Source: Okamejei kenojei
Lineage: Eukaryota
Assembly (NCBI GenBank): GCA_035221665.1
Contig: CM069174.1
Span: 10,664,001-10,728,000 of the forward strand
DNA: 64,000 nucleotides
Direction: 5' to 3'
The notes below the pieces were generated by a model. It was not told the origin of the DNA, did no database searches, and saw nothing but the letters and a program-made list of their open reading frames with translations. Positions within the stretch are counted from its first letter, which is position 1, and every line of letters starts with the position of its first letter. Made by a program: the position numbers and the translations under genes. Shown piece after piece: positions 10,886 through 23,580 of this stretch.

Positions 10886-12854
10886 ATTCTGTTGCGATCC
10901 TAGGTGTTTCAGTTAGGCTGTTTAATTCTGGGTGGTGTCGACTGATCCTATGGCTCTCCCGGCTTCTCCACACACTCAGTTTCCAGCAGAGAGTGTTGGG
11001 GTGGGGAGCTGGGGGCAGGGAGGTGGTTAGAAAGTCAGTGGATTTAACAGAACCGATCTATTCAGCCTAGGGTTCCCATGTTACAGAAGGACAACAGGGG
11101 AGTATCACTGTGTGACGGGGGCATTATGAGGGAGTGCTTCCCTGTGGGAGCGGCTGTACAAGGGATGACTGGGAGATGCAGTATGAGGAAGGGTGTCAGA
11201 GGCAACATTTTGGACACAATTTTAATCCAAGGCTCCATCAGCCCCCCTGGCTATGCATGGGTATTAAAAATGCACGTCACTATTTGTAGAAGACAGGGAC
11301 ATTCTTCGTGCTGACTGTAAGGCAATAACCAACAACCTGGTCATTTACTGAATTCTTGCTTGAGGGAGCTTGCTAGGCGCAAAGTGGCCACGCATTTTCC
11401 TTCACTCTGTATGGCCGTGAAGCATTTTGGGGATACGCTGTGCTCATCAAAGACGCAATAGAAATGCAAATTAAAGCCCAGTTGTACTTGGCACACAGCA
11501 AACACACGCAGTCTTAGTGTGTGAGAGGGCAGGAATACCAAGAGAGAGGATCATGTGGCTGAGATCACGGACGCATTGTCAAGCAACTTCAGCTGCTGTA
11601 ACATGATGTGGCAGCACATAGGATCACTGGCTCGCACCTTATCAACCTTTTGGTCTCTTGCATGCAATCCTGCACCTTCTGTCAGCTCGAAGTGGCATTG
11701 TCCTTTAATTGGGCACCATGTCTGCTTGGAACCCCGTCACCCAAGCAAGCTATGGACCATTTACCAAATGTAACACCAGTGTTTTTCACTGGAGATGAGC
11801 TTCAGCCTCTGGAGTCCAGGTGCCACTTCCTACAATGGACTGTTAAGGAGGGCAGCTACAATGTTCCTTGTTCATTAACTAGAAGATATTACTCCAAGGC
11901 TGCAATGTGAGATGCAGCAGCTGGGACCAGTCTCCATTTCTCCTGCTTGATCAGCATGAATCTGATGGGCCAAATAGCTGCTTCTGCCCAATAGATCCCT
12001 CTTGCACTGATTGTTTGTAATCGTAGAACACCAGTGCTCGTGTCCCAGTCAGGCAGAAGCTTCTTGTAAGGGAATTCCTCATCCTGTGCGTATTCGTGGA
12101 ACTTCTGATAATGTGAAGAGATTCCCTGGAGGCTAGATGGAAGGTTTGAGAAACTTATTGAATGTGTGCAATCCTTCGAACCATAGTCCCCTGAATTTCC
12201 CCTGACCTCTATCCCAACAAACTGCCACTCCCTGCTGAGCAGTTCATTCAATGCTCAATACCACCATCTTGCTTGATTGTTGGCGTGTGGATTCACTATG
12301 ATGACAACTGCTTCTCCAATGGAATTACTGTTATAGTAGAGCAAGTGTGTAAGTTACCTGCTGGAGCTCACAGATTACCTTCTGGGATTCTGGTGTCCCA
12401 TCCCTTTTGAAAGACCTTGCGCTAAACACTGCCACACCCGTGCCATGGCAGGTGTCTGATACTGCATAGCAGGCACTACAACTGGCACTTGTCGTGGGAC
12501 AGTCTCAGCTGCAGCTGAGGTTAACTCTCTGGGTGCTGTCCCATCGGGCTTGTCTCTGTCCAACTTCCCAGTGTGCTGAATCTGGTCGGGGATCATCTCT
12601 GTAGAGCAGCAGAGCCAGGTTCCCACTTCGTCTGCGCTCTGTAGCTCTGCTGAGAGCTCCAGACAGATTCATAGAACATAGAACAGTGCAGCACAGGGGC
12701 AGGCCCTTTGGTCCACAATGTCTGTGCCAAACATGATGCCAAGACCAATTATTCTCTGCCTGAACATAATCCATATCCCTCCATGTTCTGCATATCCATA
12801 TGCTTATCGAAAAGTCTCTTAAATGTCACCATTGTATCTGCCTCCACCACAACC

Positions 12855-13140
12855 AGAGTTGCTGCCTTACAGACCAGAGACCCGGGTTCGATCCTGACTA
12901 CGGGTGCTTGTCTGTATGGAGTTTGTACATTCTCCCCGTGACCATGTGGGTTTTCTCCAGGATCTTCCGTTTCCTCCCACACTCTAAAGACTTACAGGTT
13001 TGGAGGCTAATTGGCTTGGTATAATTGTAAATTGTCCCTAGTGTGCGTAGGATTGTGTTAGTGTGCGGGGATCACTGGTCGGTGCAGACTGAATGGACAA
13101 AGGGCATGTTTCTGCGCTGTATCTCAAAGCTGAACTAAAC
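12855..13140 (+). mobile_element. HE1-type tRNA-derived SINE, inserted in a minus-strand HER1 3' fragment (~12672-13180)
   Basis: agagttgctgccttacag..gagacccgggttcgatcctgac (B box), V-domain-like core, aactaaac tail. Confidence 0.8.
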
Positions 13141-15884
13141 TTAACCACTCCTGGCAGCACGTACCAGGCACTCACCACTCTGCTCGTTGCACTGCATTTT
13201 TCCATGAGAAATCACAGCTGTCCACCCAAGATCTCAATCTGGCTCACAGAGTCCTTCTTGGTCTTCCAATAAATCTGCAGTGGACATATGCAACCTGTGT
13301 CAGTGATTTCTGCTCAAATAAAAATGTGTATTTGCTGAGATTTGATCCCTCGGCATTGGAGCACAGCTGGAAACCATTAGACCACCTGCCAGACAGACAA
13401 CTTGCTCCTCATCATTTCCTGTGACACACTTTAATAGTTATCTCTTAAATAACATCCCAGATAATATCTTGTTGGTAATCACATTGCTATTTGTGGAATT
13501 TTTCCGCGCGCAAATTGGCTGCTGCATTTCCTGGCTGCAACTCAAATGTCAACCTCCTGCCACAGTTAACCATTCCAGAGTCAATTGGATTCTCTGGTGC
13601 AATCCAGTATGCAACAATAGATGGGAAGATTTTGATTTCAGATCTGGCTTCCTTTCATCTTGCTACGCTCCCCCTCAAATCGGGGCTGGATTTCATGGGC
13701 TTTGGATTCCCACCAGTGCAGGCTGATTTTATTGCCAATATGAATGCATTGTTGGGATCATCAGGATAGATGGAGCAGTGCTGTTGAACACATCACTTCA
13801 CGTCCCTGCACAGTGAATAACCATCGACCCGCTTGGCTAAGTTGCAAACATTCCTCATTAAAAACATTGCCACCTGGAGACTTCTGCCAAGCACATGGGT
13901 CACATTGCCATCTGCTCATCTTGTTGGATCCTCATTCAAACAACCCCTTCCTTGCTCTGGCCCTTCTACAGAATAATGATGAACATCACATACTAAAATT
14001 TGGCCTTGCCGATCTTTCTTTTGCGCTTATTTGTGACACCTTGTCATGCCCAGCAATACTTTGGGCCTTGCCAACCACTGATTTCTTTTAGTTTGCGATC
14101 TTCCATCTGGATGTGCTTGGGTTATCTCGGTCAGATTTTAGATCTTCTAAAAAGCCCAGTTCTTGGCTTTTGCGACAGAGAAATTATGGGCAGCACCATC
14201 TCTCCTCAGGATCAAAATGTAATAGGTGCACGACCAGTGCAGAGACTCGAGCACAAAAAATCCAATCTGACCTTACAGTGCTTGGACTGAAGGGAGCACG
14301 GCCTTTGACCACTAGTCCTTGTACCTTTGTTTGATAACGACCCTGTAAAGCCCCGAGAGAGTTTTGTTTTAGTAAAAATGCTAAATAAATGGAGGTTGCT
14401 GTTGTTTTTTGGATGAAATGCTAAACCAAGGCCTTTCTGATCTCTTAAATGGATGTAAAAGATATTACAATCACTACTATGAAGAATTCCCAATGTCCTA
14501 GGCCAATATTTGTCTTTCTGCCTACCTCCCTAGAACATATCGTCTCATCTTTATAAGATAGTTATTTGTAGGAGCATGCTGTGCATAAATTGGATGCCAC
14601 CTTTCCTACATTACTAAAATTATTTCAGTGACTGTGAGGTGTTCTGGGACATCCTGAGGTTGTAAATGACATCATAAATTCAAGTCTCTTTTTCTTTCAG
14701 ATATTTGTGAAGTATATCATGTGTACATGAAAATTGCATAGTTAGTTTGCAGTGTACGTTTGGGTCCATGGGTTATCCATCTTCTCAATTCCTCCTGAGT
14801 TTGCGCCATTTCTTGTGTTCCCTTTGCTCCATCAAGGATATAATCAGTTCCGCCGAGCTGAGTGGCTCTCCCAATAAAATAATGTCCCGCACACTTTAAT
14901 CTCAGTCCCTGGAGGAATGCCTGTGGAAATCAGCGCAAGTAGGTCCCTTCTCTTCTCAGGGGCATAGAGATTTGTAAAGAGATGCTGGACCTTGTTCTTG
15001 ATCCTGCTGCTCTCTGCATGCCATTTATTGCAGGTTCTGGAAAGAGCGTGATGGTGCCATAGCTGGCACGACTGGAGATGCTGAATAAAGTCTAAGCCAT
15101 GCTCACCCGCCCCTCAAACTGTGCTTGATTGATCATTTCTGGGACACAGCATGTCAACGCGTTTCAACTGTTCCACCGCTCAGCGGATGATTGCACTGGT
15201 CAGTGGGTTTTGGGGTTGCGACACAATCACCGAAGGCTGAGTGGACTTTGTGCTGAACCTCTGTGCTGGCAAGGCTGGCATTTTATGGCTCTCCCTCAAA
15301 CAGGTTAGATATTGTAGTCAGGAGTAGGGGTCCACAGGGGGAGTTTGGTTTGGTGCTCCAGGAGCATCTTGGGTTGTCATTGGTAAAACAGGTATGTAGA
15401 TGTACAAGATTGGGGTCATGTTATGATTTTTCCGTTCCTTCCCACTCTTCAATCCCTCTCCAAAACCCACCCACCCTTCCTACTGGAATAGCCTAGTGTC
15501 CCTCCATATTGGCCCGCAAGAAGAGTTGAGACCTGAGCAAGGTAGCAGGGAGCTGGTGGCACCTATGCTCTGTGCCCACAGCGTGTCTGAATACCGATAA
15601 TGTTTTTATTATTACTTATTTACAGGATGTGGGTATTGCTGGCAAGGCTGGCCATTTATTCCACTTCCCTCACTGATTTTTGAACTGAGCGGCTTCATGA
15701 CCACTTTGGGGCAGTTAAGAGTCAACTACATGAGTATGTCTGAACCAGATATGCGCAGCAGACTTCCTTCCCAAGAGCACATCGTTTAACCAGGCCGGTG
15801 TATGTGACAAATAAACTTGATTTTTCACAATGATTCAAAAGTTTTACACCCACCATCAGCAATCTGTCTTGTTTTATTCCAAAT

Positions 15885-16016
15885 CTGTCTGAAGAAGGGT
15901 TTCGACCCAAAACGTCACCCATTCCTTCTCTCCAGAGATGCTGCCTGTCCCACTGAGTTACTCCAGCTTTGTGTCTATCTTCGGTTTAAACCAGCATCTG
16001 CAGTTCCTTCCTACAC
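15885..16016 (+). mobile_element. Penelope-terminal-derived short element with degenerate hammerhead core
   Basis: ctgaagaagggtttcgacccaaaacgtc followed by gatgctgcctg..ctgagttactccagc..ccagcatctgcagttccttcctacac. Confidence 0.75.
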
Positions 16017-17480
16017 ACCAATGAATTCATTAACTAGGTTTAAATTTCCCACCTGCTGCAGTGACATTTCCCTGTGACCTTTTAGTTTCTTCTGGGTGCT
16101 CCAGTTTTCTCCCACATCCCAAAGACATAACGTTTGGTAGGTTAATTGGCTGTCTTAAAATTGCCCCAAGTGTGTAGGTGAGTGGTAGAATCTGGGGAGG
16201 TGGGGGGAGTTGATGGGACCGTGGGGAGAAAAATATAGTGTTTATGGCTCAGTGTGGGCACAGTGGGCTGAAGGGCCTGTTTCCATGCTGTATGTATAGC
16301 TCTGACCCAATACTTCCAAGTCAGGATGATGTGCAACTTGGGGGGAAACCTGCAGAAGTAGGCACACAACCTGCAGGTTGTGTGTGCCTACTTCCTTTTA
16401 AGGGGCCTGCCAAGATTGAGGTGGAGGAGGGGCAAGGGGATGATTTGCTGTCAAATCTGTGCTGCCTTGTGTCTGATATTTCCTTTATTCCCACACATGG
16501 TTCATTCACTTCTCTGACTTTTGCTGCCCAGCACCAAGTGTGTGTAATTATATGTCATTTCAACCCTGGGTCCAGTAGCCCAGTTAGCTTACCATACCAG
16601 CAGGACCTCTCTTTCGCTACCATGCCACACTCAGCCACGGAGATGACACAGGCACAGAGGGATAGGAGGTTTAAAAAAAAAGCAAATGTCATGAGATAAA
16701 GGCAAATGAGGCAGGTAGCAATTTAAGGGGCAAATGGTGTTTGCAGATTGGCAGAGTAGGCAAGAGTGACATCCTTTCAGCCCTTGAGTTGAAATCCAGC
16801 CCCAGAAGCTGATGGAGCAAGTCTCTCATCTCTGCTGGGAAAAAGGAATGAGTTGAAGGAAGGAATTGAAGTCGGGTAGGGGGAGTGTGGAAATGGGAAC
16901 CCAGACACAAAGCCACAGCTCATTAGTTTTCACATTTCATAGTGGAACTGCGAAACTTGAGTTAAGGCACCCTTACTAAGACAGATCCCGTATTCAACCC
17001 ATGCTACACCTGGAGCTGCTTCGCACTGTGACGACCAGTCCCATCCCAACGCCAATCGATCTGTCATGTTAGAGTGCTATTGTTTTGAGCAATCCTCAGG
17101 GCTTGTTCATTCAGCTGTAACTTGAGCCATCTCGCGGGCCAGACCTTTAGGTGACTCCCTGGGATTAAGAGTCCCAAGATGTCATAATTTCATGCGCAAT
17201 TGCATTGGAATCATGTGATACTAGCAACAGGTGCTTAGCTTTAATGTTATTCTCTTTCCCTCTCATGTTCCCAACCCTGGCCCACTCATTCTCTTGTGTT
17301 GAAATTGCTCACATAATCTTAATTTCTCTCCCCTTCCCCATTCTAACTTGTTCATTCTGTGTTTTATTTCTGCCTCCCGTTTCATCTTGTCTGGTCTGTC
17401 ACGCTATTTTGCCCCCTCTCTCTTTCCACCTTGTATTCTCTCACCTTCCATCTTTTGCGCCCTCACCCCTCCCATTCCAG

Positions 17481-17673
17481 TGGCAGGCAATCTCCCTCAC
17501 AGTGATTGAAAAGGTGCAGATAGCCGCAATCATCCTTGGCTCCCTCTTCCTAATTGCTAGCATCTCCTGGTTAATTTGGTCCTCCCTCAGTCCGTCGGCT
17601 AAGTGGCAGAGACAGGACCTGCTCTTCCAGATCTGTTACGGGATGTATGGCTTCATGGATGTCGTCTGTATAG
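17481..17673 (+). CDS. MARCHF9: MARCHF9 exon (two transmembrane helices)
   Basis: ttccag|[64 protein letters not shown]-g|gtgagc; 193 bp, phase 0/1. Confidence 0.95.
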
Positions 17674-20600
17674 GTGAGCATCTCTGAATCAATGGTCAAA
17701 TTGTAGATTGTGCTGTGGACAGTGTCCGTATGACAACCGAGATTCAATATGTCAGATTGCACAAACGATTAAAGTCAGGGTTCTAGCCTCTTAGACTAAC
17801 TTGATGCACATCAGAAGTGTGGAACTGTTCACATTTCATTGCCTCCTCTCCCAAGACTTACTGTGTCTTGCAAATCTTGTCTTCATTAGGTTTCAGGTTA
17901 GCTTGGCTGGTTTGCACTTTCACCCCTCAAGTCAGTAGGCTGTGGGTTCAAGCCCCACTCTAGGACTTGAGCGCATTATCTACACTGTCCCTCCAATCGC
18001 AATATCATAGCTTTATATACTTGCCCCAAGACAATAATTATACACTCTTGGAAGTAGGGCAGGGAATTTTCCCAATATCCTGATGAACATTCATCTCTTG
18101 CAACAACACGTAGGCTGGCCATTCATTTTATTGCTGTTTGTTTGATCTTGCTGTGCGCAAATTGCCTGCTGCATTTGGCTCTGTAACAGTGACTCAACTC
18201 TCAAAGCAATTCATTCAATGAGATGTTTCTGAGCAATGTGATGAGGCGCTATAAAATTGCAAGTCTGCCATTTCTTGTCTGCTGCCTGGTTCCCATCTCT
18301 GGCTTGAATGGCCTCATTCTAAAAATTCACAAATTTTGTCTTATTTGGGCCAAACCTTCCTCATTTTTACTGAGCATGTGCAGAAAGGTCTCAAGACATC
18401 CTGGGAGTGGTGCTGCTCCCCCTCCCCCCCCAGTTGGGTTGTATCTATGGAGTGAGGCAAAACTCCCATGATGTTCTTTATCAATTGAGTGGACTCAATG
18501 GGCTCGCTTTATGACCCATTGATCAATCAGCAACATTAAACAGGTTCTGCAGTTAGTCTGCCCAAAGACATTTGTGATGTTTTATTCTTTATGTCCAGTA
18601 AGATTTATATACAAAGTGATGTTTGTGGGCTGTACAATGCTAATCACAGTTTTACAGAGATTACAAAACTGCAATCTGGGAGCACATATCCCACTCAGTC
18701 TGTAATGACCCTGACCTAGGCTCTTAGTGACACCAGTGGCTGGGGAACCTTCCCTTAATGCTCCATCGCTGCAACCTGCCACTTGTCAGCCAAGTCAGTA
18801 TTGAATGTTCCAGTGGAAGAGGTAACACTTTGGCTCCAGAGGTTACAATTCCACCGGGGCTTGGGGCTATTAACACAGAAGTGATGGAATCCTCGGGTCA
18901 CAAGACCAGAATGCCAGTGAGGCAGGGCATGTTGCTCGTGGTAAGTCAGAGAACACATTGTCTAATAATACAACATAATACTCTGGAGCATATCAGAAGG
19001 CACTGTACAAGATGCCCCCTAATAAAGGTAAATTTTCTTTTAGGAAGGCTTTCCTGGTGGTTTTGTGAGACTCTGTTTAATGTCACCTCTCCTTCTGAGG
19101 CTTCAAGATGTATTCAAACCAGGAAATAACAACTCTCATTTGAATAATGTTCTTAACATAGCAAGAATCTTTCCAGAAGGATATCAAACAAAATTTGACA
19201 CCAGGAACATATGAGGCCTGGTCTGACAGAAAGAGTACAGTGAAAGCCACCTAGACCTGTGTCAGGATGGCTATGCTTCAGTCTGGGCCCAGTCTTAGAT
19301 GGGCCGCATTGCACTGTCAGTTTGTCACAAGATTATGACTAGAGTGGTGTAAAAACTGTTAATCTCCATGGATGCATGAGGGCCATGCATTGAGACACCG
19401 TGCTTCGCTACAAGACCATACATATTACCGTCAATGCCTTACATTTATATAACAGGAAAGGTCCCAAAATTATTCTCATGAGAGTAACATGACACTGAAT
19501 CCACATTTTAGAACAAGAGACCAAAGGTCAGGTGAAAGAAGTGGGTTTTGTGAAGCATTGTAGAGGAGGGAATTCCAGAACCTTGGGAGAACTCCAACTG
19601 TTATTCCTTCCGCCCGTGGAACACTCTCCTAAATAGTGTCAACACCTGGAACACTGTACTTGGTTTGCATGGTCAAGAGCCGCCTATTGCTGGCTGACAT
19701 GAGATTTTTAAAAGGTACAATTGGCATCTCCTCCCCCAGATGATGTTCACTCCTGATCATTCCAAGGACCATCCCCCATGCTCGGAATGCTGTCTTTGTT
19801 GGAGCTTCCCTTTAACTACATCTCCTCCAGATAGAACATATATGTTGTGGAAACTAGAACCACTGGAAATCAGAGATTTTTAAGAACATGGGGACGTCAG
19901 CATTAATTTTCCATTCCTAGTTGCCCCTAGAGTCACAGATAGCCCAGACTTCATAAGGAGGGCAGATTTCCATCCCTGAAGAACATTAGTGAACCAGATA
20001 GGTTTTTACAACAATCCTGTAGTGTCATGATTGATATACTTATATTAGCTTATTGCCCTTTAAATGTCAGATTAATGTAATTACCTGAATTAAATCCCCC
20101 ATTCAAAGTTGTGGGATCTAAACTTGTGTCACTAGATCAATGGGCTAAACCTCTCAATGTTAATCTAGTAATTTAAACCACTGCTTCCACACCACTAGCA
20201 ACTAGGGCAAAGGAGCATTGGGAATTTCCGAGTAAATCAATTATGTGGAATTGTCTGTAGAATTTTCTCAACGGGCTTCTGTTTTGCTCTTTTAAATTAT
20301 CAAAAAAAAACCTTGTTTCTAATTTTGAAGGCTGACCTCCAGTTTAAATAGCCTTAAGTTAAGTCACCATACCTGTCTGACCTTTCCCAGCGGGAGTTTG
20401 TCTGCTGAACACAATGCTTCAAATTAGTCAGGAAACTACTTTTCAGTGGAAGCAACGAAGAATATCTGAAAAAAGAGATTCAGCACATCAAAGCTCATTC
20501 CCTTACATCTGAATTTTTTCAGGATCATATTGAGATACATTTTAAATGTTTTAGCCTTCATTTTTATTAAAGGGTACAGACGTCCTCTGAAAAAAGGAAG

Positions 20601-21849
20601 AAGAAAATAAAAGAAAGATGAAACTGGCTCAGCGGTAGAGTTGGTGCCTCACAGCACCAGAGACCCAGGTTCGATACTGACGATGGGTGCTTTACTGTAC
20701 GGAGTGGGTTTTCTCCGGATGCTCTGGTTTCCACCCACACTCCAAAGGGATATTCAACATTTTGTGTTGAGATCAGGACTGAGAGTGTAGTGAGCAGATA
20801 GCCAATATAAAGAGGTGAGGGGGAGGCGTGAGGCCGGATGCTGATAGAGGCCAGTGGGGGATGATGGGCAGCTGGAGCCAGGTGGGAATTTTGGATAATG
20901 GTAAACATGGAAAAGGAGAACAAAGGGAGAGAGTACTAAGGTGGACCAGCAGGAGTGGGACCAAAACACTGGGGATGTGGGATGGACACAAAATGCTGGA
21001 GTAACTCAGTGGGTAACCCCAGCACTCCGTGTCTACATTATAAACCAGCATCTGCAGTTTCCTCCTAACACTAAGCATGTGGGAAATTTGGAATTGTAAA
21101 ATCCACTGTTCATTCTATTGGGATGTATGCTAGGCTACCCAAGTGGAATATTAAATGCTGTTCTTATAGTTTGCATTTGGCCTCATTAGTGTAGTGGAGT
21201 AGGCTGAGGACAGAGAGGGCAATATGGGAATGGGAAGAGGAGTTGAAATGGCATGCAACCAGGAGGTCAGGATAGTTATTGAGGGCAGAGCACAAATTAT
21301 ACCATCAAGTGTGTTTTAATTTTTCATTCCCCTACATGGCAGCATGCTCCGGCTTCCTCTCAGTCAAATAATGAGAGCCACATTTGATAATTTGTGCCAG
21401 GATTCCTCAACTCCTTTCAAACATGCTAAATGTGAGATGGCTGCTCCCTTAATTGAATTGGCCTCGTAGAATAAAGATCTGGACTACTGTATTTAGACAG
21501 GGCCTCTGAAGGCCTATAATGTGCCATGTTAAATAGACATCTTGTTTATAGTGAAGTGCTGTCACTTGACATAGGCTCACCTTTATTTAACCTTAACAAA
21601 CTGCTGCAGGGCCAATTGCAGCAGTCAATTGTTGCACGTGCCTAACTCCAATACCGCTTTACGGCATGTGGAATCATAGAAAATGTACCACACAAAAAAG
21701 AGACTGTATGGCTCACTGTCCCTGTGCCAATCAAAAAGCTATGCAGCATAATTCCAAGTTCCAGCACTGAGTCAGCAGCTCATGGCTCCAAGTACATGTA
21801 CATGTCCTGTTAAAATGTAGTAATGGTTTATGTCTACACCACCCTCTGC

Positions 21850-22009
21850 TTAAAAAAACCAAAATGTATAAAAATGGCCTTTATTAAAATCTGACAATGT
21901 GCACTTTAACCACATGTGATTTTTTTTCTATTACAAATCTCAAATTGTGGAGTACAGAGACAAATAAATAAATGATGGGTCTTTGTTCCAAACATTATGG
22001 AGGACACTG
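21850..22009. mobile_element. Tc1/mariner terminal fragment
   Basis: Ends ...caaacattatggaggacactg followed by TA (CAGTG-type TIR end plus TA target site); opposite TIR not found. Confidence 0.55.
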
Positions 22010-22463
22010 TATCTCCCTCAATTGTTCGGAGGCCTTCATTACGCTCTCAGCAGTGTGATTGCCTACTTTTTTGTTAATTGAAACCATGTAGCCTATTTGA
22101 TGATCTTGTAACATATCATGTCTTTTACTATTGTAACCTTTTTGAAGTCAAAATTGCCCCATCCCCCTCTTTTTCATCCCCTTTCCTATTCCATCTGGGT
22201 CAAGCCATGTTGAGCCAAGAATACCTTATTCGTTCAGCTTAGAGTCATGGAAGGAGAAGTGTCAGAATGGTGGCCCAATCTTGATTCGAATGATAGTGGA
22301 GGTCAAAATTAATGATTCGGCTTATGGTCAGAAGCAGAGCTAGGCTTTCTGCCAGAGCCTAGAGACAATTCAATAAATGCCCTGATATATTAACTATTGC
22401 TCAATGGTGATAACATGATGTGCGGGGTTTTTGAGCTTAACAGTTCACATGCTCTTTTGCCAG

Positions 22464-22786
22464 GCCTCATCATTCACGAGGGATCGTCTGTGTACCGAAT
22501 CTTTAAGCGCTGGCAGGCTGTGAATCAACAGTGGAAGGTACTGAACTATGAAAAAGCCAAGGACCTTGGGGAAGCCATTAGTGGGACAAGCAAGATAGGG
22601 GGAAGGAATTCACGGACGAACCACTCGTCAAACAATGACAGGAGTTCCAATCAGCGCACTGGAACCATTTTGAATCATCACTGTGGATATACCATCCTGC
22701 ACATTCTCAGCTATCTGAGACCGAGCAACCATCAGAACAGTAACAACACAAACAGAGAGCTGGTCATGCGAGTTACAACTGTCTGA
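22464..22786 (+). CDS. MARCHF9: MARCHF9 last coding exon (cytoplasmic tail, C-terminal RVTTV)
   Basis: tttgccag|(G)LIIHEGSSVYRIFKRWQAVNQQWKVLNYEK..HHCGYTILHIL..RELVMRVTTV*; phase matches the previous exon. Confidence 0.95.
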
Positions 22787-23356
22787 GGTTAAATAAGAGA
22801 GACCACTCAGTGAACCTCATTTAAAATAAAGACAACCAAAACTTTAAAAGTACATGCGACAAAGCCAAGTACTGCTGGGGCTGTGAGAGTGAATTAAACT
22901 GAAGGCTCAGAATGGCAACAGCAGTGCAATGAGCCATGCTGGGCCTCAATCTCTACGTCTGGAGTCTGCCATCTTTATTGTTTTCTAAACCATTTTTTTA
23001 AAAATAAACTCTCTCCTTAAACAAATTATGGGGGGTGTGGGTGGGGGGAGTGAAACTGACTCAGAGAGGTATTGAACGCAAGATAGTTTGTTGAAAAATC
23101 AACCAAAAGAACAGCGGGCAATAACGAACGTCAGTTCCAGGATGCTGTGGGATTTTGGCAATAAGTTCCCTGTGTACTTCACCTTTAAGTTAATGCATGT
23201 CACTGTTTCTCTTGTCTCCTATCTCGAATCAGAAGACAATTAATTTATATGCAAATGGTGGACTGCAAATAAATTTCTGTTTTTTTAGGAGTGTGTTTCG
23301 GAGAGCTGTAAATATAGATCTGTGAGGATTATTGGGACATCATTTATACAGTCTCC

Positions 23357-23580
23357 CAACTCGGTACTATGGATTGTGTTCTAATGTACCTGTGGGAGCT
23401 TCTATCTTGCTCCAATAATGTCTATACTGATATGTAAATGAGCGTCCTATCTTGGTACTGTGAAGTGTATTTTAATATGTACAAGAGTGGCCTAACAAGG
23501 TACCGCAGAGTGAATTTGAATATATATAGGAGTGCCCTATCTTGGTTTCACAGATTGCATAAATATCCAATAAATTCAAA
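23357..23580 (+). repeat. Degenerate 45-bp tandem repeat downstream of the MARCHF9 stop (likely 3' UTR)
   Basis: ctatcttg-like anchors at 23357, 23402, 23447, 23492, 23537, exactly 45 bp apart. Confidence 0.7.

Noticed and set aside
23357-23580. Possible CRISPR-like or coding periodic array
   Set aside because: Eukaryotic context, no constant repeat with unique spacers, no cas genes, and no sustained ORF; treated as a degenerate minisatellite
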